Positions 40,872 through 51,800 of a stretch of 64,000 bases of DNA are shown here, in pieces. The stretch is from positions 62,001-126,000 of the forward strand of contig MEDY01000009.1 in assembly GCA_001724265.1 (NCBI GenBank), given 5' to 3'. The DNA comes from Rhizaria sp. SCN 62-66 (Eukaryota). The translations under genes were made by a program, and so were the position numbers. The notes under the pieces were generated by a model that made no database searches, had not been told where the DNA came from, and was given only the letters and a program-made list of their open reading frames with translations. Within the stretch, counting starts at the first letter, position 1. Each line of letters begins with the position of its first letter.

Positions 40872-42092
40872 AAAAGCCGAAGCTTGTCTCCGCCCGTTGC
40901 ATCGAACCATGACTAAGATCTTTTAAGACGTTATTTATCATCAACATGTTCTGTTCAAGTGAAATAGCAAGCAAAACCCGTGAAATGAGTTGTTTTGATC
41001 TCGTCCTGGTGTCCAATATTGCTCCAGGTGACATTTCAGCCTATGTCAATCACAAGTTCAAACCAGGAGTCTCGGCCAATGGCCAAAACTGTCGATCAAT
41101 ACCATCGCGATCATCACTGTAACAAAGTCATTATCAAATTATACTTCAGTATCATGTATTAAAGCAGTATCACGATGTAAAAACGTGTTCCACATCCTCA
41201 ATATTTGTGATATGTCCTCCTAACTCTGGTTATTTAGATTGTCCATGGTCCATTTTGCACTTGTATCAGTGCATACAAGAGTTAATAAAAGAGCGAGTGG
41301 TGTTAGAACAGTGTACCAACATCGGATACATGATGTACAACAGCGTATAGTTGCCAGCAAGAGGATATTTTGAAGAAATCCCGAAACGCTACTTGGAAAA
41401 TGTCAGGCTTAATGGCTGTCGATGTCTCAAAATGAGACAGAAACAAGCATCACGACAGAGTGCTTCCCATGCTATAGTCAATAGCATAGTAGTGCACCTT
41501 GCGTATAACGCCCAATGCTTAGAAGCCATGTCTATCGACATTGTAAGCGATGTAATCAGTCATTACACCAACCTCACATTATGACCAGAGTGGAATGACA
41601 CCCCGCATAAACCGAGTCCAGACACAGCCACAACCGTATCGCAGCCTCAGCCGGTGCATATACTATCAATATCAGCAAGTCGTGCTATCATAAACCTCCA
41701 ATAAGTACATGATATCAATTCAAACGATGAAAACATAGCCCTTCAGACAAGCCCAGCGAACCACAAACTAAGGGATACATTCTGTCAATCGTATCCCCGT
41801 CAAGAATGAAATAGCACAGCAAATACTCTCTTATGGCTTAGATCTATATAAAGTATTTTCATTTCTAATTGATAAAGTGAAGACGGCACTTGAAGAGCAA
41901 AATGAGTTTGTCAGAGGACGGAACTAATTTGTAGCTGAATCGGCCAGCGGCTTAGCTTCGCGGTGCTTAGAGGGCTGTAAGGGCCCGCGGTCTGGCCAGA
42001 GCCGCGAGGAAGGCAGGGCCGGGGCGAGAGGAGGAGTCGACCGGGACGAGGCTAAAATTGTCAGGATTCTCACAGGACCTCGTTGATTCAAC
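40872..42092. promoter_or_regulatory. Divergent spacer PPR-like/RPL38
   Basis: AT-rich head-to-head spacer with a GC-rich patch (41940-42050) just upstream of RPL38. Confidence 0.5.
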
Positions 42093-42871
42093 ATGGTACG
42101 TTTTTATATAGCAATTTCACGCCACGACACACCCTCCTGTCGAACTCTATCATCTATCAACGGTTTCTATTGCCCCGAACTGGAGCCTCAAATACTCGGT
42201 CCGCCAGAGCCCCTCTCGCCCCACCAACCTCGCTCACCTCCGCACCCTCGCCCCGCGCCCGCCCTCTTCGCCCCCACAGCCCAAGGAGCAGACCTCTATC
42301 CGTACCTTCGTCAAGGACACCCGCCGCAAGGACGCCAAGTGTACGTCTCCCTCCCCATCGCCCCCCGCTTCCCATTTCTCACAACAGCTAACCAGCAGGC
42401 ACGACTCGTGAACCGTTCGCCGCCTCTCCGCTGCCTGCGCTCTCCTTTCGTGCTGCTCCAACGGCCGCGCGCTTCCGCATGACCGTCGTGCGGGCTCTCT
42501 CACGCATATGCACCCTATCTCCGCTTCCTCGCCACTCTGCTCTTCCTGCATCCTCTCACCCTCTCACTTTTCGTTTCCCCTTGACTCTTGCCCTCCCACC
42601 CATTCGCACGCCGCTCCGCCCTGCACTGTCCTTGCGCCCCCGCTGCTGCCGCCGCGCATCACTGCTCTTCCCCTCATATCCGTGCGTTTCCTCTACAGAC
42701 ATCAAGATCAAGCGTGATGTTGACCAGTACAAGTTCAAGCTCCGCCTCGGCAAGTACCTCCACACCATCGTCGTCAAGGACAAGTCCAAGGCGCAGAAGA
42801 TGATCGAGTCCTTCGTCGTCCCCACCCTCAAGGTCATCCACTATTCAACCCCTCACTGCGCGAACAACTAA
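42093..42871 (+). CDS. RPL38: 60S ribosomal protein eL38; join(42093..42095,42280..42340,42699..42871), 78 aa
   Basis: Spliced product MPKEQTSIRTFVKDTRRKDAKYIKIKRDVDQYKFKLRLGKYLHTIVVKDKSKAQKMIESFVVPTLKVIHYSTPHCANN matches eL38 (RRKDAK, KFK.R...YL.T.V..D..KA.K). The first coding exon is ATG only. Not recovered intact by the ORF track. Confidence 0.93.
42096..42279 (+). other. RPL38 intron 1 (184 nt, directly after ATG)
   Basis: ATG|GTACGT ... C-rich tract ... CCCACAG|CCC AAG. Confidence 0.88.
42341..42698 (+). other. RPL38 intron 2 (358 nt, phase 1)
   Basis: AAG T|GTACGT ... pyrimidine-rich ... CTCTACAG|AC ATC AAG; restores DAKYIKIK. Confidence 0.9.
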
Positions 42872-43590
42872 CAACGCACAACTGCAAGCAAACGCACGCG
42901 CTCACTCGCCTTCAAACCGTGGGTGAGCGCAGCCGCAGCCACCGTCGTCGTCGCTCTCCGATGGCGACGCGTGCGGCGCCTTTGTTTGTCGTCGTACCAT
43001 GAAGCTGGGCGTATACGCATAGTGGAAGCAAGCACTCTGTTGCTTTGCTAAATCTGTGTGTCTCTGAACTGCTTTATGGTGTGAATGAATGAATTCCCTA
43101 CTTAAACCATCCAACAACCCACACTCCTGTGTACCACAATACAATCTTGTGTATCAAATCCAACTAATGTACTCGCTTTAACTCTTGTCTCTTTGATCTT
43201 GCGCGACTTCACGAACTGTTTCCTAAGCCCATGTATTATTTTGACGTGGTGCTTGGAATATAACGCACTCGTGTATGTGTCATGTCATCGGTTGACCATG
43301 GTATTTGTTGTGCGTGTCATCACTGTTTATAGATTAATACCTGATGTCATACCCTGCTCCTATGCACGTTTGTGCTGGTTTGAATTCGCTTCTGAGTTAT
43401 ATCAACCCGTCACTCACATGGTCCCTTGCACATACTATGCGCTCGTTGGTGCTGTGAATTATAGGGTATCCAACCATCATCCAGACTTAACAATATTTAT
43501 TATGAAATTTTACTCAGATGAAAGAACGGGGATCCTCACAGTCAAAAGTGTTGAAGGCATCTTTGCAGCTATCTACCGTCATCATGATAA

Positions 43591-43614
43591 GTGTATCAAA
43601 TAGTGTATCAAATA
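43591..43614. repeat. 12-nt tandem duplication GTGTATCAAATA x2, with a further 11-nt copy at 43149-43159
   Basis: Directly visible in the RPL38/NIT2 convergent spacer. Confidence 0.7.
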
Positions 43615-43681
43615 GTAGTAAGTATTCCTTGCATGTTCTGTCCCCTCAATCATCACCGACAGTTTGTTATACAACTCGTTT

Positions 43682-45166
43682 TTATGCTTGCGCCGTCTTG
43701 TCAACAACGGCGTAGAGATCGGTGCGCTTCTGCACCGTGATAGGGATCTGAGCGCGCACCTCCCTGGCCCTCGCGAAGTCCACAGTCGTCACGACGACCG
43801 CGCTGTCATGCTCCGTGGTCGCGACCACCGTGCCCCAGGGGTCGACGACGCTCGAGTGCCCCCACGCCTGGTACTTGGACTCAGGGTTGCGGGCGGGAGA
43901 GCACGTGGCGACAAAGACTTGCTGCCCCACGGCGTGGGCGCGCTGCAGCAGCTCCCAGTGCGCAGGCCCAGTCACCGTGTTAAAGGCGCCCGGGTACAGC
44001 AGCAGCCCGGCGCCACGGCGCGCGCACGCCTGCGCATACTCGGTGAAACGGATGTCGTAGCAGATGCCCAGCCCCATGCGCAGCACCGTGTCCTTGCTCT
44101 CAGCCTTCGCATCGCTCTTGTCGAGCGCGGCGTCGACGGCGGCCCGGACGAGACTGAAGTCGATGTCGACCGTCGTGATGGCGGAGCCGGCCGTGAGGGA
44201 GTCGCTCTCGCGGAAGGTCATCTTGCCGGGGATGTCGATGTCGAACAAGTGCGCCTTACGGTGCTTGCCGATCAGTGCGCCCGCGGGCGAAAAGACCGTC
44301 GACGTGTTATAGATGGCCGCGTTGGCGCCTAAACAAAGAGTCGAGACAAACATCAATATACACAAATCATTTTGAAATGAGTTAGATGAAGACATATCTT
44401 CGGGCATTTTACACGATGTCTCATTATCTGTGCGAATATTACGGCTTCCTTCGATGTTGCGCGTCACGTACCGCGCTCGGGGATGGAGCCGGCGACGATG
44501 AAGACGCCAAACTCCCGGGCCCAGCTCGCGATCGCGGCCACGCTCGGCGCAGCGCTCGCGTTGCCTGCTGCGGAAGCAGCAGAAGTAGTGGCGGCATCAG
44601 CTGGAGCATCAGAAGCGGAATCGATGACTTGGCCGTTGGCATCGGGGATGGGCTCGGCGTACTCGGGGAACGCGTCGGTCGAGTAGGGGCAGTTGAAGCA
44701 CTCGGGCAGCACGACAAGCTGCGCGCCCGCGGCCACGGCCGAGGCGACGGCGGTGCGTGCCGTGGCCAGGTTGGCGGCCTTGTCGGCGCCCACGGTCACC
44801 TGGCAGAGACCCAGCGTCACGGGCGCGACGGGGACGACGAGGGGGGCGGGGGCGGGCATCGCTGCGGGTGAGGAGGTGGAAGGCGGCGGCGCGGGGCGAG
44901 GATAAGGCAGGATTAAACACGTGTAAGAATATTTCGCGCAAGTGTGAAGGAAATAGAGTGACAACAATGCGACGATAGAAAAGAAAAGTGATTGAGTGAG
45001 ATTGAGTGCAAGGAGGGGGGCATAGAGACGGTCGTGTACGAAAGATAAGAGCTTTGATGGCTGGTGCTGACGTACTATGGATAGCGCGGCGGGAAAAAGA
45101 TGTCGTGGGCAGCTTGGAAAGAAGACTGGAAGGAGGAAAGAAAGATCGGGCGCGGCGTAGCAGCAT
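43682..45166 (-). CDS. NIT2: Omega-amidase NIT2-like (nitrilase superfamily); join(45166..45076,44861..44472,44328..43682), 375 aa including presequence
   Basis: Catalytic triad motifs LVVLPECFNCPY (E), KHRKAHLFDIDIPGKMTFRESDSLTAG (K) and GLGICYDIRF (C); also YPGAFNTVTGPAHWELLQRA, CSPARN, YQAWGHSSVVDPWG, VRAQIPI..QKRTDLY. Ends TAA. Confidence 0.93.
44329..44471 (-). other. NIT2 intron 2 (143 nt, phase 1)
   Basis: CGC G|GTACGT ... AT-rich ... TTTGTTTAG|GC GCC; restores GSIPERGANAAIYNT. Confidence 0.92.
44862..45075 (-). other. NIT2 intron 1 (214 nt, phase 1)
   Basis: CAT A|GTACGT ... CACCCGCAG|CG ATG; joins the presequence exon in frame to MPAPAP. Confidence 0.75.
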
Positions 45167-45807
45167 CCAAGACCCGCGGTTGAGGACGGCGCTGTGTGAG
45201 AGGGGTACGGGAGGAATCAGAAGGGATAGTGAGTCATATAGAGTTCGATACCAATAATAACAAGGAGCGATTATATTTATATATGCTTTATACAGTATTG
45301 CGGCAGTTTCATATCCACAAATAGATATTTAGCTGCATGTAACTGTGGAAAGATTATGACACGAGCAAGTTGATCGGCCCTATGGTGACATGGCAGTAAA
45401 AGGTTGTCGGTATAAGGCATATCAGCACCTGAAGAAGTGATACATTGTGTGAATAACGAAGAAAACATAGGCACAGCGTAAACACCATCAAAAGAGCCAA
45501 GCCTTGATAATGTGGTGTATACGCTTGAAAGTGCCTCAGTCACCACATGATGACCAGCAGCCAACCGTTGGCAGATGCTCGCTTTGATTACATTATTGTG
45601 GCGTGAACAATCCGTTAATCGCGCCAGCCTCGTAATATCATAAGTTTATCGACTAATCACCTTCAAATCCTTTATATGCACTCTTTAAAACTTGATTCTG
45701 TAGTCCTAGCTGTGTTTGTCTGACCGCACCGTCAACACTGGCACCCGGCACACCCCCTCACTCCAACCAACCACCGCACAGCCCTCGCGCAGGCGCAACA
45801 ATTCGCC
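45167..45807. promoter_or_regulatory. Divergent spacer NIT2/Clp1-like gene
   Basis: AT-rich head-to-head spacer. Confidence 0.5.
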
Positions 45808-48800
45808 ATGAGTGCGCCCTGGGCGTCCGCGGCGCTGCCTCCGTCGCCGACGACTCCGCACGGGCCGCACCTGCCGCAGACTCCCCCCGCGCCGTCGGGC
45901 CCCGTGCCGTTTCCGTCCCCCAACTCCTCATTCTCGTTCTCCTTCCCCACACCGAGCGCGCCCTCCGCCTCGTCGTCCTCTAGCGCTGGCGCCGGCGCCA
46001 TCGCGGGCCCCGCGGCGGCGCCCGCGCTGCCGTTCCACTCGCTGGTGCGGCTGACCCCGCAGCGGCCGCGCGCGCTCGTCCGCAGCCGCCTGCCTTTCCT
46101 GCTGCTGCCTCTGCGCGGCTCGGCCTCTGCGCTGGGCACCGTGCTGCCCGCGCGCCGACCCTGGCTGCTCGCGCCGGGCGCCACCATTGTTGAGGCTTGG
46201 GACTTCACCGTCACCAAGACCGTGGACGTGCTCGTCGCGCTCCAGGACGCCGCGCCCGCGTCGCTCGCCGCCGCGCTCGCCGCGCACCGCGCGCTCCTCA
46301 CCGCAGACCCGCGCGCCCTCCGGCTCGAGATCACCGCCGCGGCGGCCGCGCTCGCGCTGCCCGCTGCGGCGGCGATGACATCAGAGGCGGGCCCGGCGTC
46401 GCCACTGTCGGCCTCGCCGTCGCTCACGACGCTGGGCTACTCGCCGCCGCTGCTGCGGCTCGCCGCCTCCGCCACGGGAGGAGCCAGTCCACCCGTGCCT
46501 GTTGCGCAGCCACAGCTGGGGTCAGCGGCGTTGGCGCCGACCCCCGCCTTGGCGGCGGCCGCGGCGACTGCGACTGGGTCCGGAGCGGGGGCGGGAGGGG
46601 CGAGTGCGAGCGCACGCGCGCGGCCGCCGCGGCTGTCGCTGCCGCCGCAACATCAGCATCTCTCTGAAGAGGGCACGGCTGACGCAGCGAGCACGGCGAC
46701 GTCTTCTGCGCTTGCTGGCGGTAGTATTGCGTCGAGATCAGCTGCTGCGGCGCGGGCGCGGGCGTCCACCGACGCCGGGATTGGAGACGCCGGCGCCGGG
46801 AACGCAGGCCCGGGGGAGTCTGGGCTGTCGTCGACAAGCCACTCGGCCAACCAGTCGCCGACCGCGTTTCCGCTCCCGCTGCCCCTGCCGTTGCCGCCAC
46901 TGTCCGCAGACGGGGTCGCGCTGGCCATGACGTCCACCGCGTCCGGCCAGCTTAACAGCATGGGTAGCGGCGATAGGGCGGGTAGCAGCAGCTACAGCAG
47001 CGCGGGCGCGACGGGCAGCGGCTCACTGCACAGCGTGAGCTTTAGCGGCGTCAGCAGTAGTGGCGGCGGCGGGTCGGCCAACCCGAGCGGGCGGCTCGAG
47101 TACCGCGTGACGAGCCTCAACACCACGCCCGACGTCAGCGGCGACACCACGCCCCTGCTCCGCAAACGCGCCTCCGCGTCGGCGTCGATCAACCGCGCCG
47201 CCAAGCTCGCCGCGTCACGCAGTCATCATGGCAACGGCAGTATCAGCAGCGCCACAGAGTCCGGTCGCGCTGCCGTCGACCTCGACCCCGCTGCGGCGGC
47301 GGCAGCGATGGCCGCGACGACGGCGCTGCTGGCGACTGCGGCGACCGCGGCCGCGCTGGGCGCACTCGTTGCGCACCCGCGGCTCCCGCTGCCGGCTGCG
47401 CTCGCGGCAGCGCATCGTGTCACTACCAATGTCGCCAACAGCGACGGCATCTGCGTTGCCACCACGGAGACAGATGCGCTGCCGCCTGACGCGGATGATG
47501 ACGCCGAGACCGAGGCTGAGGCCGCGGCTGAGGCGGAGGCTGACCGCGAGTGCCGCGCGCTGTGGCTGCCCGGGGTGCTCACGGTTACACCGCTGCCGCC
47601 GCCGCCGCCGCCCGCGCCCGCAGCCCCCGTCCCGGCGCCCGCCGCGCAGCTGCTGTCCCGCCGCCCCGCCAACGGCTCCCCCGCCCCCGCGGTCCCCGGC
47701 GCGACGCTGGTCACCGCGGCGGCTACGGCTGCGGTCGCCGCGGCGGCGCTGGCCCGGGCGGGCTCGGCCGCGGGCGCGGGCGCTGCGGTGGCGTCGGACG
47801 GCGCGGCCGCGGGCGCGAGCGTGGTGGTCGCGGCGCGCGAGTGGGTGCGGTGGCTGCTAGACGCGGCGGCGCTGCAGGCGAGCGCTAAAGGCGCGCAGTC
47901 AGTGGATCAGTCGCATGATAGTGCTCCAAATGCATTTGGGGTGTCAAATGCTGTGGCAGAGAGCGCTCCGACGCCACCAGTGCACGTGCCGACGGCTGTG
48001 ACGGCGAGTAAGCAGGGCTCAAGCGCTGTGCGCGCTGTTGTTGCGGCAGAAAAACGCAAGCAATTGCTGCAACAGCAGCAGCAGCAACAACAGCAACATG
48101 TTCAAGCCAACACTGGCGAACAGACTCTGACCCAAGCTGATTCTGCATCAACTGCAACAAAGGATGCTATTGCACTTACAAGCACTCCGACGGCCACGCA
48201 CACGGAAGCTATTGCGCCAATGCTGGCAAGTCCGCTTAGTGAAAGCCCCGCATCTGCGTGCGACGCGACCCTTAGCCCCAACCCGCTTGACGTGAGTGTG
48301 AGCGAGACTGCCGCCGGCTATAACACCGACAATAATGGCGGCAACGACGACGGCGACGACGATGGCGACGAGACCGGCGCCGCGACCGGTGGCGAGGGAA
48401 AGAAGAAGAAGCGCCGCCAGCGCGGCCGCGGCGGCAAGCCGAAGCCGGCGCCTGTAGACGCTGCGCAGCCGCAGGAAGCAGCTGGCGACGACGTTGTAGC
48501 GCCCGTTGACCCTGCGACTAATGTCGCTGCGACGGCTGATGAAAAGGTCACTCCAACGGAGACTACAACGGCGAAGAATGATGCTGCCACGACGGACGCC
48601 GTGCATGAAAGGTCCGCTGATGTTGCCAGGACCGCTGTCGCTGGCACTGAAACCGCATCGGCAGATGTGACTGCAAAGAGCGAGGCTATTCCCGCTGACG
48701 GCGTTGCCGACGACGACGACGGCGACAACGCCGAGGACGGCGACACGACTGCTGGCGCGACGACTGACGCGGTTGGAGGCGTGAAGAAGAAGCGGCGCCA

Positions 48801-51800
48801 GCGCGGGCGCGGCGGCAAGCCCAAGGTAGCTGCGACAAACGAGGCCGTCGCTGATGATGCTGGTGACGCAACGGCGGATGTCTCTGCTGTGCACGTCAAG
48901 CACGACACTGTTGCTGTTAATACCGAGAATCACGTGACTGACGATAGTACTGCGCAGAATGTGCTGGTCGACTCTGTTGTTACTGCTCTCATTCCAACTC
49001 CCGCCGTCAATTCAGTCAACGTCCCTGCCCTGCCAAATCCCGCTGCAAAGTCTGCTGCTGCATCCACTGCTGTAACATCCATCACAGCAGATGCAACTGC
49101 GGCGCGCGGGCTCACTCTCGTGTGCACGCCTCCGCCGCCGCCCGCGCCGCTGCCCGCGCTGCCGGACGCGGTGCGCGCTCTATTTGCACTCGGCGTGCTC
49201 CCCGTTGACGCCACCACGTACGCGCGGGCGATCAGTAGCGACGCAGACGACTCCTTTGCGCGCGATGCGGCCGCCGCTGGCGATGCCGCCGTGCGCGTGC
49301 GCGTGCGGCCGCCCCCGCAGCCGCTGTCATGGTCGCTTGTGACCGCGACCACCGCGCACCGCGCTGCCCTGCGCATCCGCGAAGTCAGCGCCAGCGCCGC
49401 CGCGCGCAACGGCGGCGGACGCGTCCTCGTGCTCGGACACTCGCGCCGCTCGCAGGCGGCGTGCGCTGCGCAGCTGCACGGCAGCCGTAGAGACAGAGCA
49501 AGTGCAGAAGAGAAGAATGACGCTGAAACTGAGGACGATGGGGTGGGCTCGAAGTTGTGGCTCACGACGATGCTGAACGCGCTCGCCACGCGCGGTCCGC
49601 AGCCGGTGCTGTTGGATCTCACCCAAGCCGCTTCTGTCGCAGAAAGCCAAGCCGTCTCGCGCTGTGGTGCGGGACAAGGGCTGATCGCTGCGCCGGGCGC
49701 TGTCGCGGCTGTGGCGATCGTGCTCTCGCCGACAGCGTCCGCAGTGCCTGCGCTGCGGCAGTCTTCGCCGCTCAACACGGCTGCGTACTCCATTGTAATG
49801 CCTGACGCGGAGGCTGGTTCCGGAGCAAACGGTGCAGCAATGTCTGTCGCGCGGGCCGTGGTGGCTCAGTACGACGGCGAACTTGCTGCAGCTACTGCTG
49901 CGGCCGCCGCGTCTGTTGTTGTCGCCAGCGCTGTGTCTGTAGACGCTATTGCTGATGCAAACGCCGAACCCTCTCTGTCCCCGCTGCCCCAACCGAGCAT
50001 CGGCCTCGCGTCGCACAGCGGCGAGGGCGCTGCTAACAACGCTGCAGATGGCGATGAAGAGGAAGAGGAGTCCGCGCAACCGACGGCGCAGCAGCCGCAG
50101 AAGCAAGCCGATACTGCGCCGCGCAAGGGCGCTGGCGGCAAGAAGGGTCGCAACACTGCCAAACGCACAGGTGCTGCCGCAACTGCCACCCTGGCCGCAA
50201 GCACGGCTGCTGCGAGTGGAACTAAACGCTGCCTTGTTGTCGACGCTACATGGGACTTTGATTCGTGCGTGTCTGAAACAGCCACGTGCAGTGCTGCAGA
50301 CGCGGTGTCGCGCGCACAGCAGTATCTTGACTTTGCGCGCGCTGTTATTGCAACGGTGAAGCCGACGATGGTGATGCTATGCCCACTTGCAACGGCTGTG
50401 ACAGCGAGCGCGGAGAGCCTTGGTCCCGGCGACGTGCGTGTGCCAAGTCTGCTGCTTCCTGGAACGCCCGCTGCAAATTCCGGCGCGCCTGCGGGTGCTG
50501 TGGCGTGCGAGCTCGTGTGCACGGCCATCGCCACAGCCAACACTGCCGCGGTCACTGCGCCCGGCTGTGTCGGGGCCCGCAGCGCCCGATACGGTGCAGA
50601 AGAGGACGAAGTCGACGCGCTGCTCAGCAGTGTCTCGTTCGTCCGGCCGCCGCCACTACACCCTGCGCCCGCACCCGTGTTCACGCTTGCTCCCGCCGCC
50701 ACTGACTCTTCGACCACAAGCGCGAGTGAAGGGCGTGTGCTGTACGATCTTGTGTATCCGCGTCGCTACCGCGCTTCGGCCGCGCCTGTCTCTCTCACTG
50801 CCGCCGAGGCGGCGGTGCGCGCTGCGAGCGCTGAAGCCGAGGCCGCATGGCGCGCGCTGACTGTACACGGCTCGCAGTCACTCGTGCTCGTCGCCGCCTC
50901 CGCGCCGCGGACTGCTGCGGCGGCCGCTGGCTGGCTCGACGCGAGCACCGGGTCTCGCATGCGTTGTCGTCTTGCAGTAGTCACGCCTGTTGGCGACAAC
51001 GACAGTGACGCAAAGTCAGACCGGCTCGTCGCTGGTGACTCCGCCCTGCTTTTGTCAACGACCGGAAGCGGGAACTCCTCTGTTGTTACTGCCGTGTTTG
51101 CAGCTGCACCATCCGTTGCCGCGCGCATCTGCCTGCGCGCGCGCGGCGCCGCAGCGATCGTGGCGCCCGCGCGCGCCGCAGCGCGGTCCGCGACGTGGGG
51201 CGCGCGCGGGTGGTCCGACTTCGGCCCGCCGAGCGCCGGCGGCGATGGGCCCGACGCGCCGCCCCCGCCGCTGCAGTGGCTGCGCGTGGGACCCGCGCTC
51301 TACGGCGTGGGTCTCCCGGCTATTGCGACTGCTGGGGGCCGCAAGAGTGTTCGTTGCATCGATCCAATGTCGCATCCACCGCTGCTGTGCGCACTCCTCC
51401 AGTTGCTGGGCCAGGTGCCAGTGTCTGCATCTGCGCTCAACACTCTCGCCGCAGGCTGGACGCGGCGCGCTGCTTTTGGTGCGGGCGCTGGCCTTGCAGC
51501 AATGTCGCGTGTTGCTGGAGACGCTGTGCGCGCCACTGCTTACGCTGCAACCGGCGCCTCACCGGCCCTGCTACCCCACACCGCGCGCCCTGCCACCGAC
51601 ACAGCGGCGATGCAGCGCGCGATTGACTGGGCCCAGTACTTGCTGCTCACAATCGCCCCGCCGCTCCCGCAAACGTCGCTCGGCCACATCGCTGCGGCTC
51701 CGACCGCCGCGCTTGCCGCCGCGGCCCACGCGCTGGGCCCGTTGCTTACGGCTCTTATAGCGCCGCGCCGCAGCCACCCGAGCAAGCGCTTACAACAAAC

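Noticed and set aside
41941-42050. tRNA or SRP RNA in the GC patch upstream of RPL38
   Set aside because: No cloverleaf, T-loop (GTTCRA) or SRP helix-8 motif found.
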